Notes: generated from the letters alone by a model not told the origin. A DNA stretch of 64,000 nt from an uncultured Campylobacterales bacterium (GCA_964500775.1 CAZCQG010000007.1:2179-66178), one strand, 5' to 3'. Shown: positions 39,521 to 50,429, counted from the stretch's first letter. Program-made: numbers and translations.

Positions 39521-41511
39521 TGTCGAACAAGAATCAAAAAAAACCAAATCCAAACAATTTTTTTAATCAAAATCCCTTAATGCTTTTCATAGTCTTTTCG
39601 GTGGTTGCGGTGATTATCTTTCGCGGCTTTTTCGAAGGTGACCAAGGGGGTATGACGCAGGATGGAGCACAAAATCAAGGAGTAGTTAAAAGCTCAAAAA
39701 GCGTTAGCTACTATGAAATGAAAAAGCTTATCGAAAATAAAGAGGTTGATTTCGTCGCGATCGGCGATACGATTATCCGAGCTACGAGCGATAAGAATGG
39801 AATGAAAAGTATTTACACGACAAAAAAGGTCGGAAACGATCAAACACTTATTCCTCTTCTGGATGAAAAAAATATCCCCTATTCGGGCTTTAGTGAGAGC
39901 AATTGGCTCACCGACATTTTGTTCGGCTGGGTTTTGCCTATTTTTATTTTCTTTGGAATCTGGATGTTTTTGGCAAGCAGAATGCAAAAGAACATCGGCG
40001 GTGGAATACTTGGGATGGGGAGTTCGAAAAAACTCGTAAATGCCGAAAAGCCAAAAGTCAAATTTGACGATGTGGCAGGGAATGATGAAGCCAAAGAGGA
40101 AGTTGTAGAGGTTGTAGATTTTCTCAAACACCCCGATAGATACGTGAATCTCGGTGCGAAAATTCCCAAAGGCGTTTTGCTTGTAGGACCTCCGGGGACT
40201 GGGAAGACTCTTTTGGCAAAAGCGGTTGCGGGCGAGGCGAGCGTACCGTTTTTCTCCGTAAGCGGCAGTAGCTTTATCGAAATGTTTGTCGGCGTTGGCG
40301 CTAGTAGGGTAAGGGATTTGTTTGAGAATGCGAAAAAAGAGGCCCCCTCAATAATATTTATAGATGAAATCGATGCTATCGGTAAAAGCAGAGCCGCAGG
40401 GGGAATCATCAGCGGAAATGACGAGCGTGAGCAAACGCTCAATCAGCTCTTGGCGGAGATGGATGGTTTTAGTTCCGATTCTTCACCCGTCATCGTGCTT
40501 GCCGCTACCAACAGACCGGAAGTGCTTGACCCCGCACTTCTTAGACCGGGGAGATTTGATAGACAAGTGTTAGTAGACAAACCCGACTATGAGGGGAGAA
40601 TAGCGATACTTAGCGTCCATATCAAAAATATCAAACTTGCAAAAGACGTGAGCTTGGAAGAGGTTGCAAAACTAACCGCGGGGCTTTCGGGTGCTGACTT
40701 AGCGAATATAGTGAATGAAGCGGCACTTTTAGCAGGAAGAAATAATAAAAACGAAGTCGAGCAGTCTGACTTTGGAGAAGCGGTTGAACGTAGTATCGCA
40801 GGACTAGAGAAAAAAAGCAGAAGAATCTCTCCTAAAGAAAAAAGAATCGTCGCCTATCACGAGAGCGGGCACGCGTTGCTAGCAGAAACGACCAAGGGGG
40901 CAAAAAGAGTTTCCAAGGTCTCCATCATCCCAAGAGGGCTAGCGGCGCTTGGGTATACACTGAATACTCCCGAAGAGAATAAGTATCTAATGCAAAAGCA
41001 TGAGCTGATAGCCGAAGTAGACGTATTGCTTGGCGGCAGAGCGGCGGAAGAGGTCTTTATAAAAGAAATATCTACCGGTGCGAGCAATGACTTGGAGCGA
41101 GCTACCGATATTATAAAAGCGATGTTGAGCTACTACGGGATGACCGATATTACGGGACTAATGGTTTTAGAGAAGCAAAAAAATACTTTTTTAAACGGCG
41201 GCTTTACTTCGCAAAGAGAATATAGCGAAAAGACTGCGCAAGAGCTTGATGAATACATAAAGAGCTTTCTAGAAGAGCGGTATAAAGCCGTGAAGGAGCG
41301 ATTGGCGGAGTACAGCGGCGCGATAGAAGATATAGTAAAAGAGCTTTTTGAAAAAGAGACGATCGAAGGTTCTATGGTTAGGGATATTATTAAAAGATTT
41401 GAAGAAGAGAACAAGAAAAATAGTTTAATCATAGAAGATGAGGATATATTAGAGGACAAAGTTCAAACAGACAATGATTCTCGCTCCAATATAAAAGAAG
41501 ATAATTCATAG
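39520..41511 (+). CDS. ftsH: ATP-dependent zinc metalloprotease FtsH
   Basis: [14 protein letters not shown] region, HESGHAL zinc site. Confidence 0.97.
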   Translation: MSNKNQKKPNPNNFFNQNPLMLFIVFSVVAVIIFRGFFEGDQGGMTQDGAQNQGVVKSSKSVSYYEMKKLIENKEVDFVAIGDTIIRATSDKNGMKSIYTTKKVGNDQTLIPLLDEKNIPYSGFSESNWLTDILFGWVLPIFIFFGIWMFLASRMQKNIGGGILGMGSSKKLVNAEKPKVKFDDVAGNDEAKEEVVEVVDFLKHPDRYVNLGAKIPKGVLLVGPPGTGKTLLAKAVAGEASVPFFSVSGSSFIEMFVGVGASRVRDLFENAKKEAPSIIFIDEIDAIGKSRAAGGIISGNDEREQTLNQLLAEMDGFSSDSSPVIVLAATNRPEVLDPALLRPGRFDRQVLVDKPDYEGRIAILSVHIKNIKLAKDVSLEEVAKLTAGLSGADLANIVNEAALLAGRNNKNEVEQSDFGEAVERSIAGLEKKSRRISPKEKRIVAYHESGHALLAETTKGAKRVSKVSIIPRGLAALGYTLNTPEENKYLMQKHELIAEVDVLLGGRAAEEVFIKEISTGASNDLERATDIIKAMLSYYGMTDITGLMVLEKQKNTFLNGGFTSQREYSEKTAQELDEYIKSFLEERYKAVKERLAEYSGAIEDIVKELFEKETIEGSMVRDIIKRFEEENKKNSLIIEDEDILEDKVQTDNDSRSNIKEDNS

Positions 41512-41520
41512 GCGGATAGC

Positions 41521-42141
41521 ATGACAAAAACAGAAATTATCGCAAGGGAAGGATGGGGGAAAGCCGCTATATTTTTCACGCTTTTTGTTTTTTTTGAAAT
41601 GATGGAGTGCAAGCTTTTGGCATTTATATTCGTTGTAACTTTTGTACTTTCCCTCTATTTATATCGAAACCTCGAAAGAGAGCCGCAGGATTATAGCGAG
41701 GGTGTCGTTATAGCTCCGATAGACGGCGAGATTACGGAGATTAAGACATTAGAAGACAGAGTAAGTGTTACATTGAAAAATGAGCTATGGGATTCCCATA
41801 TATTGCGAGCACCAAGCAATGGAAAAATAATCGAAGCCGATATGACGAAGGGATATGCATTTTTTAGCGGTGAGTATGCTCAAAAACTTAATTCAAGGGG
41901 AAGCCTCAAGCTAAAATTCAAAAAACACGAGATATTGCTAGAGTTTTTTGGAAAAATATTTAGAGATTCTCTTGTTGTGTATACGAAAAAAAATGGAACA
42001 GATATAAAAATCGGTAGCAGATTAGGGGTTTTACTAAGCGGTGAAACGCGAATATCTCTTCCGTTGAATACAAGGCTTGTGGTGGATATAGGAAGTAAAG
42101 TAATCGGCGGCGAGAGTGCGGTAGCATTTATCGGAAAATAA
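41521..42141 (+). CDS. phosphatidylserine decarboxylase-related membrane protein
   Basis: N-terminal TM helices; APIDGEI segment resembles the Psd family; sits between ftsH and pssA as I recall for Campylobacter and Helicobacter. Confidence 0.5.
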   Translation: MTKTEIIAREGWGKAAIFFTLFVFFEMMECKLLAFIFVVTFVLSLYLYRNLEREPQDYSEGVVIAPIDGEITEIKTLEDRVSVTLKNELWDSHILRAPSNGKIIEADMTKGYAFFSGEYAQKLNSRGSLKLKFKKHEILLEFFGKIFRDSLVVYTKKNGTDIKIGSRLGVLLSGETRISLPLNTRLVVDIGSKVIGGESAVAFIGK

Positions 42142-42143
42142 TA

Positions 42144-42878
42144 ATGAATAAAAAAATATCACCGCTCTATATACTTCCAAATCTTTTTACCGCAGCATCG
42201 CTGTATATCGGATTCCTAAGTATAGTATATGCGTTTAAAGGCAATTTTGAGCTTGCTTGCTGGTTGATCTTTTTAGCGACGATATTTGACGGTTTGGACG
42301 GCAGGGTCGCAAGAATGACGGGAACAACGAGTAAATTCGGGGTAGAGTTTGATTCGTTGGCGGATGTGATTTCATTTGGCGTAGCACCTGCAGTGATATT
42401 GTTTTTTTACACAGGTCAGGATTACGGAAAGCCCGGAGTATTGGTGTCGGGTCTTTTTGCACTTTTGGGTGCTGTTCGATTGGCGAGATTTAATGTCTCA
42501 ATAGGAGAAGTAGAGCCCAATGTTTTCATCGGTATACCCATCCCCCTGGCGGCGGTTACGCTTATGATGTGGTTATTGATATTTATAGGGTATGACGTGC
42601 CTAGAGAGCAAAATTATATTTTATTGATTCTAGGAATGCTCCTCGCACTTTTGATGGTGAGCAATATCAGGTACCCGAGTTTTAAAAAGTTCGATTTTCG
42701 GGCGAAGTACAAAATACGTGTTTTTTTGGGCGTAGTGCTGTTTGTCTCTGTTATTTATCTTTTTCCCAAAGAAGGGATAGCGTTCATAGCTACGATTTTC
42801 ATCATAAGCGGTATTGTAAGAGCTGCTTATTATTTACTAAAACGAAAGAATCTAAATTCGAAATTAACTAAAGATTAA
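42144..42878 (+). CDS. pssA: CDP-diacylglycerol--serine O-phosphatidyltransferase
   Basis: CDP-alcohol motif DGLDGRVAR...EFDSLADVISFGVAPA. Confidence 0.93.
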   Translation: MNKKISPLYILPNLFTAASLYIGFLSIVYAFKGNFELACWLIFLATIFDGLDGRVARMTGTTSKFGVEFDSLADVISFGVAPAVILFFYTGQDYGKPGVLVSGLFALLGAVRLARFNVSIGEVEPNVFIGIPIPLAAVTLMMWLLIFIGYDVPREQNYILLILGMLLALLMVSNIRYPSFKKFDFRAKYKIRVFLGVVLFVSVIYLFPKEGIAFIATIFIISGIVRAAYYLLKRKNLNSKLTKD

Positions 42879-42927
42879 AAAATTTAAAAGTACAATTCCC
42901 CACTTTCAATTTTACAAGGAGGAGAGA

Positions 42928-43014
42928 ATGGTTCGAGAAAAGATTTGCGTAATACACAACAAACAAAGCATTAATAACCTGCTCCTGCTGCAAAACCTGC
43001 CTATTCTGCTATAA
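42928..43014 (+). promoter_or_regulatory. candidate leucine leader peptide (28 codons) upstream of leuA
   Basis: AGGAGG Shine-Dalgarno 6 nt upstream. Translation MVREKICVIHNKQSINNLLLLQNLPILL has 7 Leu in the last 11 codons, including LLLL. The stop lies 52 nt before the leuA ATG and is followed by a T-rich run. Confidence 0.5.
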
Positions 43015-43066
43015 CCTTTTTACGAATAATTTTTATTTTTTTTAAACAAATACAAGGAAAACGACA

Positions 43067-44623
43067 ATGGATAAGAATAAGATTTTAATATTTGATACGA
43101 CTTTAAGAGACGGAGAACAAAGCCCCGGTGCCTCTATGAATACGGAGGAAAAAATTAAAATAGCCAAACAATTGGAAAAAATGGGAGTAGATATTATTGA
43201 GGCGGGTTTTGCTGCCGCTAGCCCGGGAGATTTTGACGCGATTAAAAGAATCTCCGAGGTTGTTTGCGAATCTACCGTATGCTCCTTGGCGAGAGCGTTA
43301 GATAAAGATATAAAAGCCGCCGGCGATGCTATAGCTTCGGCAAAAAAACGGAGAATCCATACATTCATCGCAACAAGCCCGATACATATGCAGTATAAAT
43401 TGCGTATGGAACCGAGCGAAGTCGTGAAAAGGGCCGTAGAGGCGGTACGCTATGCAAAATCTTTTACCGATGATGTGGAATTTAGTTGCGAAGATGCAGG
43501 CAGAAGTGAAATGCCGTTTTTAAAAGAGATCATAGATGCCGTCATAAGTGCCGGTGCGACGACTATCAACATACCCGATACGGTAGGGTACAGGCTCCCG
43601 AATGAGATGGGAAAAATGATAGAAGAATTATACGGCTTTGTGAAAGATAGAGCAGTTATTTCGGTGCATTGCCACAATGATTTAGGACTAGCCGTCGCCA
43701 ATTCATTATTTAGCGTAATGAACGGTGCAAGACAAGTTGAGTGTACGATAAACGGGCTTGGAGAGAGGGCGGGCAATGCCGCGTTAGAAGAGGTCGTGAT
43801 GGCAATACGGACGCGCAAAGATATGTTTGGAGATTTTTACACGGGTATCAACACTACCGAAATCTACCCCGCAAGTAAAATGGTCGCAACGATTACGGGA
43901 ATCGAACCCCAGCCCAATAAAGCGATAGTAGGGAAAAATGCCTTTTCACACGAGAGCGGCATCCACCAAGATGGTGTTTTAAAGCATAGTGAGACGTATG
44001 AAATAATGAAGCCTGCCGATATTGGATTGAAAGCCGATCACATAATTCTAGGAAAGCATAGCGGAAGACACGCTTTTAAAGAGCGCTTGAAGTCGCTTGG
44101 TTTTGACGTAAATGAAGAGGAATTAAATAGGGCTTTTGATAGGTTTAAAAAACTTTGTGACAAGAAAAAAGAGATATACGACGAAGATTTACGGATGATA
44201 ATATCCGAAGAGACCTCAAATATTCCTCAAACGTTTGAGATAGTGTCGTTGCAGTTGAGTGATTGCACGAACGGCTTCCCGTATGCGGCAATTAGCATTA
44301 AAAACGGTGAAAACGAGATAATTGAAGCTGCAATAGGAAATGGTAGTATAGATGCTATTTTTAAGACGATTGATAGAGCGAGCGGGTATTCCGGAAAGTT
44401 GTTGGATTATAAAGTCGAGGCAGTAACGGAAGGGAAAGATGCGCTTGCGAAAGTGGTCGTAAAAGTAATGTTTGATGATCAAAAACCCGCGGTAATAGGA
44501 CACGGATTAAATATTGACACTATGTTTGCGAGTGCTAAAGCGTATTTGAGTGCACTAAATAGCTTTTTGTCGATGAAAGAGTTGATGAGTAAAAAAATAA
44601 GCGCAATGGATGAGGGTATATGA
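43067..44623 (+). CDS. leuA: 2-isopropylmalate synthase
   Basis: [34 protein letters not shown]; C-terminal LeuA dimerisation/regulatory domain. Confidence 0.96.
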   Translation: MDKNKILIFDTTLRDGEQSPGASMNTEEKIKIAKQLEKMGVDIIEAGFAAASPGDFDAIKRISEVVCESTVCSLARALDKDIKAAGDAIASAKKRRIHTFIATSPIHMQYKLRMEPSEVVKRAVEAVRYAKSFTDDVEFSCEDAGRSEMPFLKEIIDAVISAGATTINIPDTVGYRLPNEMGKMIEELYGFVKDRAVISVHCHNDLGLAVANSLFSVMNGARQVECTINGLGERAGNAALEEVVMAIRTRKDMFGDFYTGINTTEIYPASKMVATITGIEPQPNKAIVGKNAFSHESGIHQDGVLKHSETYEIMKPADIGLKADHIILGKHSGRHAFKERLKSLGFDVNEEELNRAFDRFKKLCDKKKEIYDEDLRMIISEETSNIPQTFEIVSLQLSDCTNGFPYAAISIKNGENEIIEAAIGNGSIDAIFKTIDRASGYSGKLLDYKVEAVTEGKDALAKVVVKVMFDDQKPAVIGHGLNIDTMFASAKAYLSALNSFLSMKELMSKKISAMDEGI

Positions 44624-44650
44624 ATCTAGCGGGGAAATTCCCCCTAGATT
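44623..44650. terminator. bidirectional hairpin between leuA and the rhodanese gene
   Basis: AATCTAG(C)GGGG-AAATT-CCCCCTAGATT, 11 bp with one bulge, filling the 28-nt convergent gap. Confidence 0.6.
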
Positions 44651-44651
44651 C

Positions 44652-45818
44652 TTAGTATTCAAAAGGGATAATTTTACAGTTATCCGTGTTTTCGCATTTT
44701 ACCTCGGCATCCAAGTAAAAAACTCTTGAAATGTCGGCAAGTTTGATGTCGTCTTTTAACCGCAAATAGGTTTCAAGCGAACGAGTACCCGTAGCACAAG
44801 TGAGTACTATGTAGCCCTCTTTGGGAAGCTTTGCGACAAAATCCGCATCGCTTAAATCCTTGGGAATATTTACCGAGCCTTTTAAGTGTGCAGTTTTGTA
44901 TTCTGCGGGCTTCTTAACATCCACTATAGTGATTTTAACGTCTTTGGGCTCACCTGTTTTTACGTAGTTCTCTACAAATTTTGCGTCAACCGTCCCCTTG
45001 TCTTGCCCTTGTGGTATAGGACCCGTGGCTACGGTCTGCTTATCGGCACTTTTTGTACTGCCGCCGCTAGTAGTGGTAGGCAGCCCTGCTTGTTTCCATT
45101 CGGGAAAACCCCCTGCGTAGACAAAAACACTTTTATAGCCCATATTCTTCATTAGCATTGCTACGTGGTGAGATTTTTCACAAGCATATCCTCCGCAGTA
45201 GGCAACGACCTTTTCATTTACATCCGTCGGCAATCTTCCCCATAGTTTTCCAAAATCTACGTCATGTATATTGAGGGAGCCTATGATAGTACCTTGCGCA
45301 AATTTAGGAAACGGTCTAGCGTCAATAAAGAGCGCCCCGTTTGATTCATACATTTTTTGCGCGGTAGGCAGGCTGATTTCGATGTAAGATTTTTTACTCC
45401 ACTCAGGCATACCGGCATTATAAACTTTGAGGTTTGTGTATCCCCGTTTTTTCAGCTCGATAGCGACCAATGGGCTTTTTTCGCACTTTACTCCGCCGCA
45501 GTAAACGATAATCTCCTTGTCAAGCGCTACCCCTTTGAGCGAATCTGCGTATTTGTCCATTTCCGTATCGGGAAAAGGCATAGAAGAGGGAATATGCCCC
45601 TGTACATATTTCGGGTAAGGTCTTGCATCCAACAAGAGCGCTTTAGCTCCAGCGGAAGTACCGTTGCCGATAGCCTTTTTCACATATGAGAAATCAACAG
45701 TTTCCAACTTGTTACTTTTTATGAGATTCTCGACGTATTCCGCAGTAATTTCGGCAGCATAAGAAGAGAAGCTCATAAAGCCCGCTAGCATCAGTGCATA
45801 GAAAATTTTCTTAACCAT
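44652..45818 (-). CDS. periplasmic triple-rhodanese-domain sulfurtransferase
   Basis: Signal peptide; three rhodanese active-site loops CGGVKCEKS, CGGYACEKS, CATGTRS. Confidence 0.8.
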   Translation of the reverse strand: MVKKIFYALMLAGFMSFSSYAAEITAEYVENLIKSNKLETVDFSYVKKAIGNGTSAGAKALLLDARPYPKYVQGHIPSSMPFPDTEMDKYADSLKGVALDKEIIVYCGGVKCEKSPLVAIELKKRGYTNLKVYNAGMPEWSKKSYIEISLPTAQKMYESNGALFIDARPFPKFAQGTIIGSLNIHDVDFGKLWGRLPTDVNEKVVAYCGGYACEKSHHVAMLMKNMGYKSVFVYAGGFPEWKQAGLPTTTSGGSTKSADKQTVATGPIPQGQDKGTVDAKFVENYVKTGEPKDVKITIVDVKKPAEYKTAHLKGSVNIPKDLSDADFVAKLPKEGYIVLTCATGTRSLETYLRLKDDIKLADISRVFYLDAEVKCENTDNCKIIPFEY

Positions 45819-45984
45819 TTTTGCCTCCTAAAAAAAGATATATGACCATATTAACATATTAGTTGCATAATTTATTCTTATCTTTTGAGATTTTTTCAAA
45901 AAAGCAAAGGTAAGCTTCTAGTTTATCAAGTTGGATTAAGCTATAACATTTTATTATTAGAAAATTTTATATAAGGAGCTGAAA

Positions 45985-47541
45985 TTGAAAAAGTTCACTG
46001 TCGTTTCGATCGCTTTGGCTTCGGCACTTTTTGCCGGAGATGCTACGAGCATGAGTAATGAAGAGATACTCAAAGAACTTCAAAAATTAAAAACTGAACT
46101 TGCCGAATTGAAAGCTACCGTCAAAAGTAGCAATTTGGAAGGTATGAAGAGTGAGTTGTCCGCAATAAAAAGAAATACCGCCGGAGATAATATTAAGTTT
46201 AAAGCAGATCTACGCACAAGTTATGACAATATTAACTATAAGTATGCGAACGGTAGTACCTCGAGCAACAAAGATTTATTGTCCAATAGGCTATTGCTTG
46301 GAATGGAATATCAACCTAGAGAGGATTTGGTGTTCAAAGGTGAATTGGCTTATAACAAAGTATTCGGTGATACTGCAAGCCATTCACAGGCTAACGTAAA
46401 TGCAGGTTGGTCAGATTTTGACTGGTTGGTTAACGAAAATCTTACTGATAACTCTTTGAAGGTGAAGCAGGCATATATGCTCTATTTCGGAAATATGGGT
46501 GATGTGCCCTATACTGCTAGCTTTGGCAGAAGACCATCTACAAACGGCTACCCCGTTAATTTAAGAGATGATGATGACGCGCAATCTCCGCTCGGGCACC
46601 TAATAAACGTAGAGTTTGACGGAGCGAGTTTCGGCTTTGACTTATCCAAGGTCACAAGTATTCCCGGATTTTATTTTAAAGCGTGCTTGGGTAGAGGTTT
46701 AACAAACGCCAAGCCGGCATTTGCTTTAGCGGGTGATGATTACGGCAAAGACTACACATTTGGATATGATAATAATGACATCAATATGTATGGCTTTTTG
46801 TTCAACCCTTATGATAACGGACAATATAGCGTGAGGACACAATTCGTTTGGGCTGACAATTTGATCGGTTTTTCAAATGAGCAAATGACAAGATATAACA
46901 ATGCTTGGGGAAATTATCTGCAAGCTCCCGATGATGGAAACTACACGGCATTTATGAATGCAATGAACGGAATGCAGTTTATTGATGTCGGTGATTATCA
47001 GGGCGGTACCATCACTTTTGAAGCCGATGGTATCGGCGATATGATAAGTGATTTTCTTGATGACACTAAAGTTTTCGTAAGCTACTCATTTAGCAAGACT
47101 ATGCCTAATAACAAAGAGCAAAACTCATCTGGAAGCACTATAGGTATGCTAGGAAGCAATGAAAATAAAACCGGTTACTCTTGGTATGTAGGGACGCAAT
47201 TCCCGTGTCCGTTGGTTGATAAAGCGAGAGTCGGGGTCGAATATAACAAAGGAAGTAAATACTGGAGAAGTATGACGTACGGAGAAGACACGCTAGCAGG
47301 GTCTAAGCTTGCCGCAAGAGGGGATGCGTGGGAAGTGTACTACCTTCTTCCATTGCTTGGGAAAGAGTTGACCGCAGAACTTCGATATACGTCGATAAAA
47401 TATGACTATACCGGAAGTAATATGTTTTTCGGTGACGATGGAGCTCCTATGAGCATGGAAGATGTGAAAGCATGGGGTCTTGGCGGCAATTACGTAGAAA
47501 AAGCAACGGATTTACGAGCTTCTATACGATATAAATACTAA
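45985..47541 (+). CDS. outer-membrane beta-barrel protein with an N-terminal coiled coil (DUF3373-like)
   Basis: Signal peptide, EEILKELQKLKTELAELK coiled coil, alternating beta-strand pattern, C-terminal aromatic IRYKY; TTG start. Confidence 0.55.
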   Translation: MKKFTVVSIALASALFAGDATSMSNEEILKELQKLKTELAELKATVKSSNLEGMKSELSAIKRNTAGDNIKFKADLRTSYDNINYKYANGSTSSNKDLLSNRLLLGMEYQPREDLVFKGELAYNKVFGDTASHSQANVNAGWSDFDWLVNENLTDNSLKVKQAYMLYFGNMGDVPYTASFGRRPSTNGYPVNLRDDDDAQSPLGHLINVEFDGASFGFDLSKVTSIPGFYFKACLGRGLTNAKPAFALAGDDYGKDYTFGYDNNDINMYGFLFNPYDNGQYSVRTQFVWADNLIGFSNEQMTRYNNAWGNYLQAPDDGNYTAFMNAMNGMQFIDVGDYQGGTITFEADGIGDMISDFLDDTKVFVSYSFSKTMPNNKEQNSSGSTIGMLGSNENKTGYSWYVGTQFPCPLVDKARVGVEYNKGSKYWRSMTYGEDTLAGSKLAARGDAWEVYYLLPLLGKELTAELRYTSIKYDYTGSNMFFGDDGAPMSMEDVKAWGLGGNYVEKATDLRASIRYKY

Positions 47542-47544
47542 TTT

Positions 47545-47570
47545 TTATGCCCTTCGCAAGAAGGGCATAA
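47545..47570. terminator. bidirectional hairpin
   Basis: TTATGCCCTTC-GCAA-GAAGGGCATAA, 11-bp stem between convergent genes. Confidence 0.6.
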
Positions 47571-47573
47571 CTT

Positions 47574-47906
47574 CTAGTTTCCCAATATTTTCTTCTTTTC
47601 CGAGTTAAATTCCGCCTCGGATAATATTCCGCTCTTTCTAAGTTCTCCAAGCTCTTTGAGCGCCGTAAACTTCGAATCGCTGGCAGATTTTTTTTCATAA
47701 TCTTCTTTGCACTCCGCTAATTCTTTCTCATATTTGGCTATAACGCTAAGCAATTCCTCTTTTGAGCTATTTTCCGAATAGGATTTTATAGCCGCATCAG
47801 CAGCGGTAGCAGCGGCATTTTGTAGTAAAGCACCACCGATTCCTCCAAAGTCGATAGCAAAAATAGACGTGCCGACAAACATTACAGAAAAGATTAGTTT
47901 TTTCAT
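47574..47906 (-). CDS. secreted SHOCT-domain protein
   Basis: Signal peptide; C-terminal LRKSGILSEAEFNSEKKKILG typical of SHOCT. Confidence 0.6.
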   Translation of the reverse strand: MKKLIFSVMFVGTSIFAIDFGGIGGALLQNAAATAADAAIKSYSENSSKEELLSVIAKYEKELAECKEDYEKKSASDSKFTALKELGELRKSGILSEAEFNSEKKKILGN

Positions 47907-47968
47907 AGAACCTCCAAAAATTTTGAAGATTCTATCGAGAATTCGGTAAATTGAAGTAAAAATCGGGG

Positions 47969-48898
47969 TTAAAACTCGCCAAATTTCCCTAGGCTCATAA
48001 GTTTTTGATACCTAAGCTCTAGCATAGTTTCAGTTTTTATAGATGATAAGGATTGGAGAAAATATTCCTTTATAGCCCTCGCCGCTCCCTCTTTGTCTCT
48101 GTGTGCTCCGATTAGCGGCTCATTTATAATATCATCTATTAAATTGTGTTCCTTGAGGTCTTCAGGGGTTATTTTGAGTGCTTTCGTCGCGCTCTCAACT
48201 TTGGATGGATCGTTCCAAAGTATTGCCGCACACCCTTCGGGTGAAATGACGCTAAACACCGAATAGCGCATCATAGCAAGTCTATCGGCTACACCCACGG
48301 CCAAAGCACCTCCACTTCCGCCTTCGCCTATGACTACCGAGACGGTTTTGGTTTTAAGCATGCTGAATTCTTGCAGATTCTTTGCGATCGCCTCACTCTG
48401 TCCTCGCTCTTCTGCACCGATACCAGGATATGCTCCCGGGGTGTCTATAAGTAGTAAAATGGGCAAATTAAATTTCTCTGCGAGTTTAGCGATTCTTAGT
48501 GCTTTTCGATAGCCTTCCGGATGAGGCATACCAAAATTTCTTTTTAATTTGTTTTTTGTTCCTCTCCCCTTCTCTTCGCCGATTACTACACATTTGATTC
48601 CATCGATATAACCTATATAGCTCACAATAGATTCGTCATCTCTAAAATGTCTATCTCCGTGTATTTCATAGGAATCTTTGAGAATGAGACTGATGTAATC
48701 AAGGGTGTAAGGTCTGTCGGGATGTCGAGCTAATTGCAATTTTTGGTAATCGTTGAGATTTTTATAGGTCTTTTCGACCTCTTTGGCAAGCTCTTTTTTT
48801 TGTATCTCGCAGGCGTGCGTATCGCCTCTAGCAAGTGAGCTTTCGAGTTCATCTTGTATGCTTTTTATCTTTTGCTCAAAATCAAGATACGATGCCAA
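47969..48898 (-). CDS. accA: acetyl-CoA carboxylase carboxyltransferase alpha subunit
   Basis: [23 protein letters not shown] and [10 protein letters not shown] motifs. Confidence 0.95.
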   Translation of the reverse strand: MASYLDFEQKIKSIQDELESSLARGDTHACEIQKKELAKEVEKTYKNLNDYQKLQLARHPDRPYTLDYISLILKDSYEIHGDRHFRDDESIVSYIGYIDGIKCVVIGEEKGRGTKNKLKRNFGMPHPEGYRKALRIAKLAEKFNLPILLLIDTPGAYPGIGAEERGQSEAIAKNLQEFSMLKTKTVSVVIGEGGSGGALAVGVADRLAMMRYSVFSVISPEGCAAILWNDPSKVESATKALKITPEDLKEHNLIDDIINEPLIGAHRDKEGAARAIKEYFLQSLSSIKTETMLELRYQKLMSLGKFGEF

Positions 48899-48913
48899 AG
48901 AGATTCCTTATTA

Positions 48914-50137
48914 CTAAATTTTCTTGAAGATCAAAACACCGTTAGTGCCGCCGAAGCCAAATGAATTGCTCATAACAACATCAATTTTCTTCTCTCTAGC
49001 ACCGGTAGTTATATAGTCAAGGTCACAATCGGGGTCGGGAGTCTCATAATTTATTGTCGGAGGCATTATGCCACGCTCCATCGCCATTATAGAAATAACC
49101 GCCTCAATACCGCCTGCTGCACCTAGACAATGTCCTATTTGTCCTTTTGTAGAGCTAACGGGAGGGACGTTTTCTTTGCCGCCGAAAGCCTCTTTAAGTG
49201 CAGCTGTTTCGTTCTTGTCATTGACCGGAGTACTCGTTCCATGTGCGTTTACATAGTCAATCGTCGAGACATTTGCCATAGTTAGAGCTGCTTTCATAGC
49301 TCTGTATGGACCGTCCATTGTAGGAGTGGTAATGTGATTCGCATCACCGCTCTCTCCGTAGCCCACGACTTCAGCGTATATTTTTGCCCCTCGTTTTTTT
49401 GCGCTTTCATATTCTTCCAAGATAAGAACACCGGCACCTTCGCCCATAACAAACCCATCTCTTCCTGCGTCAAACGGTCTAGAGGCACTTTGTGGATCTT
49501 CGTTTCTTGTAGAGAGTGCTTTCATAGCCGCAAAGCCACCCACTCCTATGTCGCAAATCGCCGCTTCCGCAGCAATAGCCATCATTTTATCCGCACCGCC
49601 GAGAACAATCGTCTTGAATGATTCGGTAATAGCGTGCACGCCCGCAGTACATGCAGTGACATTTGAAAGATTTGGTCCCATAAGTCCGTGATAAATAGAT
49701 GCAAAACCACCGAGCATATTAGAAAGAGCCGATGGGATGAAGAACGGTGAAATTCTCTTTGGACCTTTGGTGAGGGCAATCTCGCTATGCCTTTGAATGG
49801 TAGGGAGTCCCCCTATTCCCGAAGAAGAGCTTACGCCGAATCGAAGTTTTTCTTCGTCGCTTAGATTCGTTAATCCGGCATCTTCCATAGCCTCTTTAGC
49901 GGCTACTAGTCCTAGTTGAATAAATCGGTCTGCCTTTTTTACCTCTTTTGCATCCATAACACATGTCGGATCAAAGTCGATAACTTCGCCCGCTATACTT
50001 ACGGAATGGTTCGTGGTGTCAAAAAGGGTTATTCCTCTAATGCCGCATTTGCCATTAATGATAGCATCAAAAGAATCGCTCTTGTTTTTGCCTACCGAGT
50101 TTATCATGCCTATTCCGGTGACGACAACTCTTCTCAA
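48914..50137 (-). CDS. fabF: 3-oxoacyl-ACP synthase II
   Basis: Active-site TACTAG region, NAHGTSTP, SFGFGGTNG. Confidence 0.95.
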   Translation of the reverse strand: MRRVVVTGIGMINSVGKNKSDSFDAIINGKCGIRGITLFDTTNHSVSIAGEVIDFDPTCVMDAKEVKKADRFIQLGLVAAKEAMEDAGLTNLSDEEKLRFGVSSSSGIGGLPTIQRHSEIALTKGPKRISPFFIPSALSNMLGGFASIYHGLMGPNLSNVTACTAGVHAITESFKTIVLGGADKMMAIAAEAAICDIGVGGFAAMKALSTRNEDPQSASRPFDAGRDGFVMGEGAGVLILEEYESAKKRGAKIYAEVVGYGESGDANHITTPTMDGPYRAMKAALTMANVSTIDYVNAHGTSTPVNDKNETAALKEAFGGKENVPPVSSTKGQIGHCLGAAGGIEAVISIMAMERGIMPPTINYETPDPDCDLDYITTGAREKKIDVVMSNSFGFGGTNGVLIFKKI

Positions 50138-50171
50138 GAAAACTCCTTGGTATTTTTTAGGTTTTATGTAG

Positions 50172-50189
50172 AGCCCCGAAAGAGGGGCT
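50172..50189 (-). terminator. hairpin between acpP and fabF (partial terminator/attenuator)
   Basis: AGCCCC-GAAAGA-GGGGCT, 6 nt after the acpP stop. Confidence 0.4.
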
Positions 50190-50195
50190 GATGTA

Positions 50196-50429
50196 TTAAG
50201 CTTTGTTTGCTTCGATGTATTTTACTACGTCTGAAACCGTTGCTACTTTTTCTGCTTCACTATCGGGAATTTCGATTTCGAATTTCTCTTCGATAGCCAT
50301 TACTAGCTCTACAATGTCTAGTGAATCGGCACCCAAATCATCAACGAACTTAGAATCTTCTTTTACTTCATCCGGATTAACATTGAGTTGCTCAACTACA
50401 ACTTCTTTCACTTCGTCGAATATAGCCAT
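50196..50429 (-). CDS. acpP: acyl carrier protein
   Basis: [20 protein letters not shown] phosphopantetheine site; start set at MAIFDEV. Confidence 0.95.
   Translation of the reverse strand: MAIFDEVKEVVVEQLNVNPDEVKEDSKFVDDLGADSLDIVELVMAIEEKFEIEIPDSEAEKVATVSDVVKYIEANKA

Noticed and set aside
42976-43066. Classical terminator/antiterminator stems for the leuA leader
   Set aside because: The segment is pyrimidine-rich on one strand, with no complementary G-rich partner. Only a 5-bp A/U stem precedes the T-run, so I did not annotate an intrinsic terminator.
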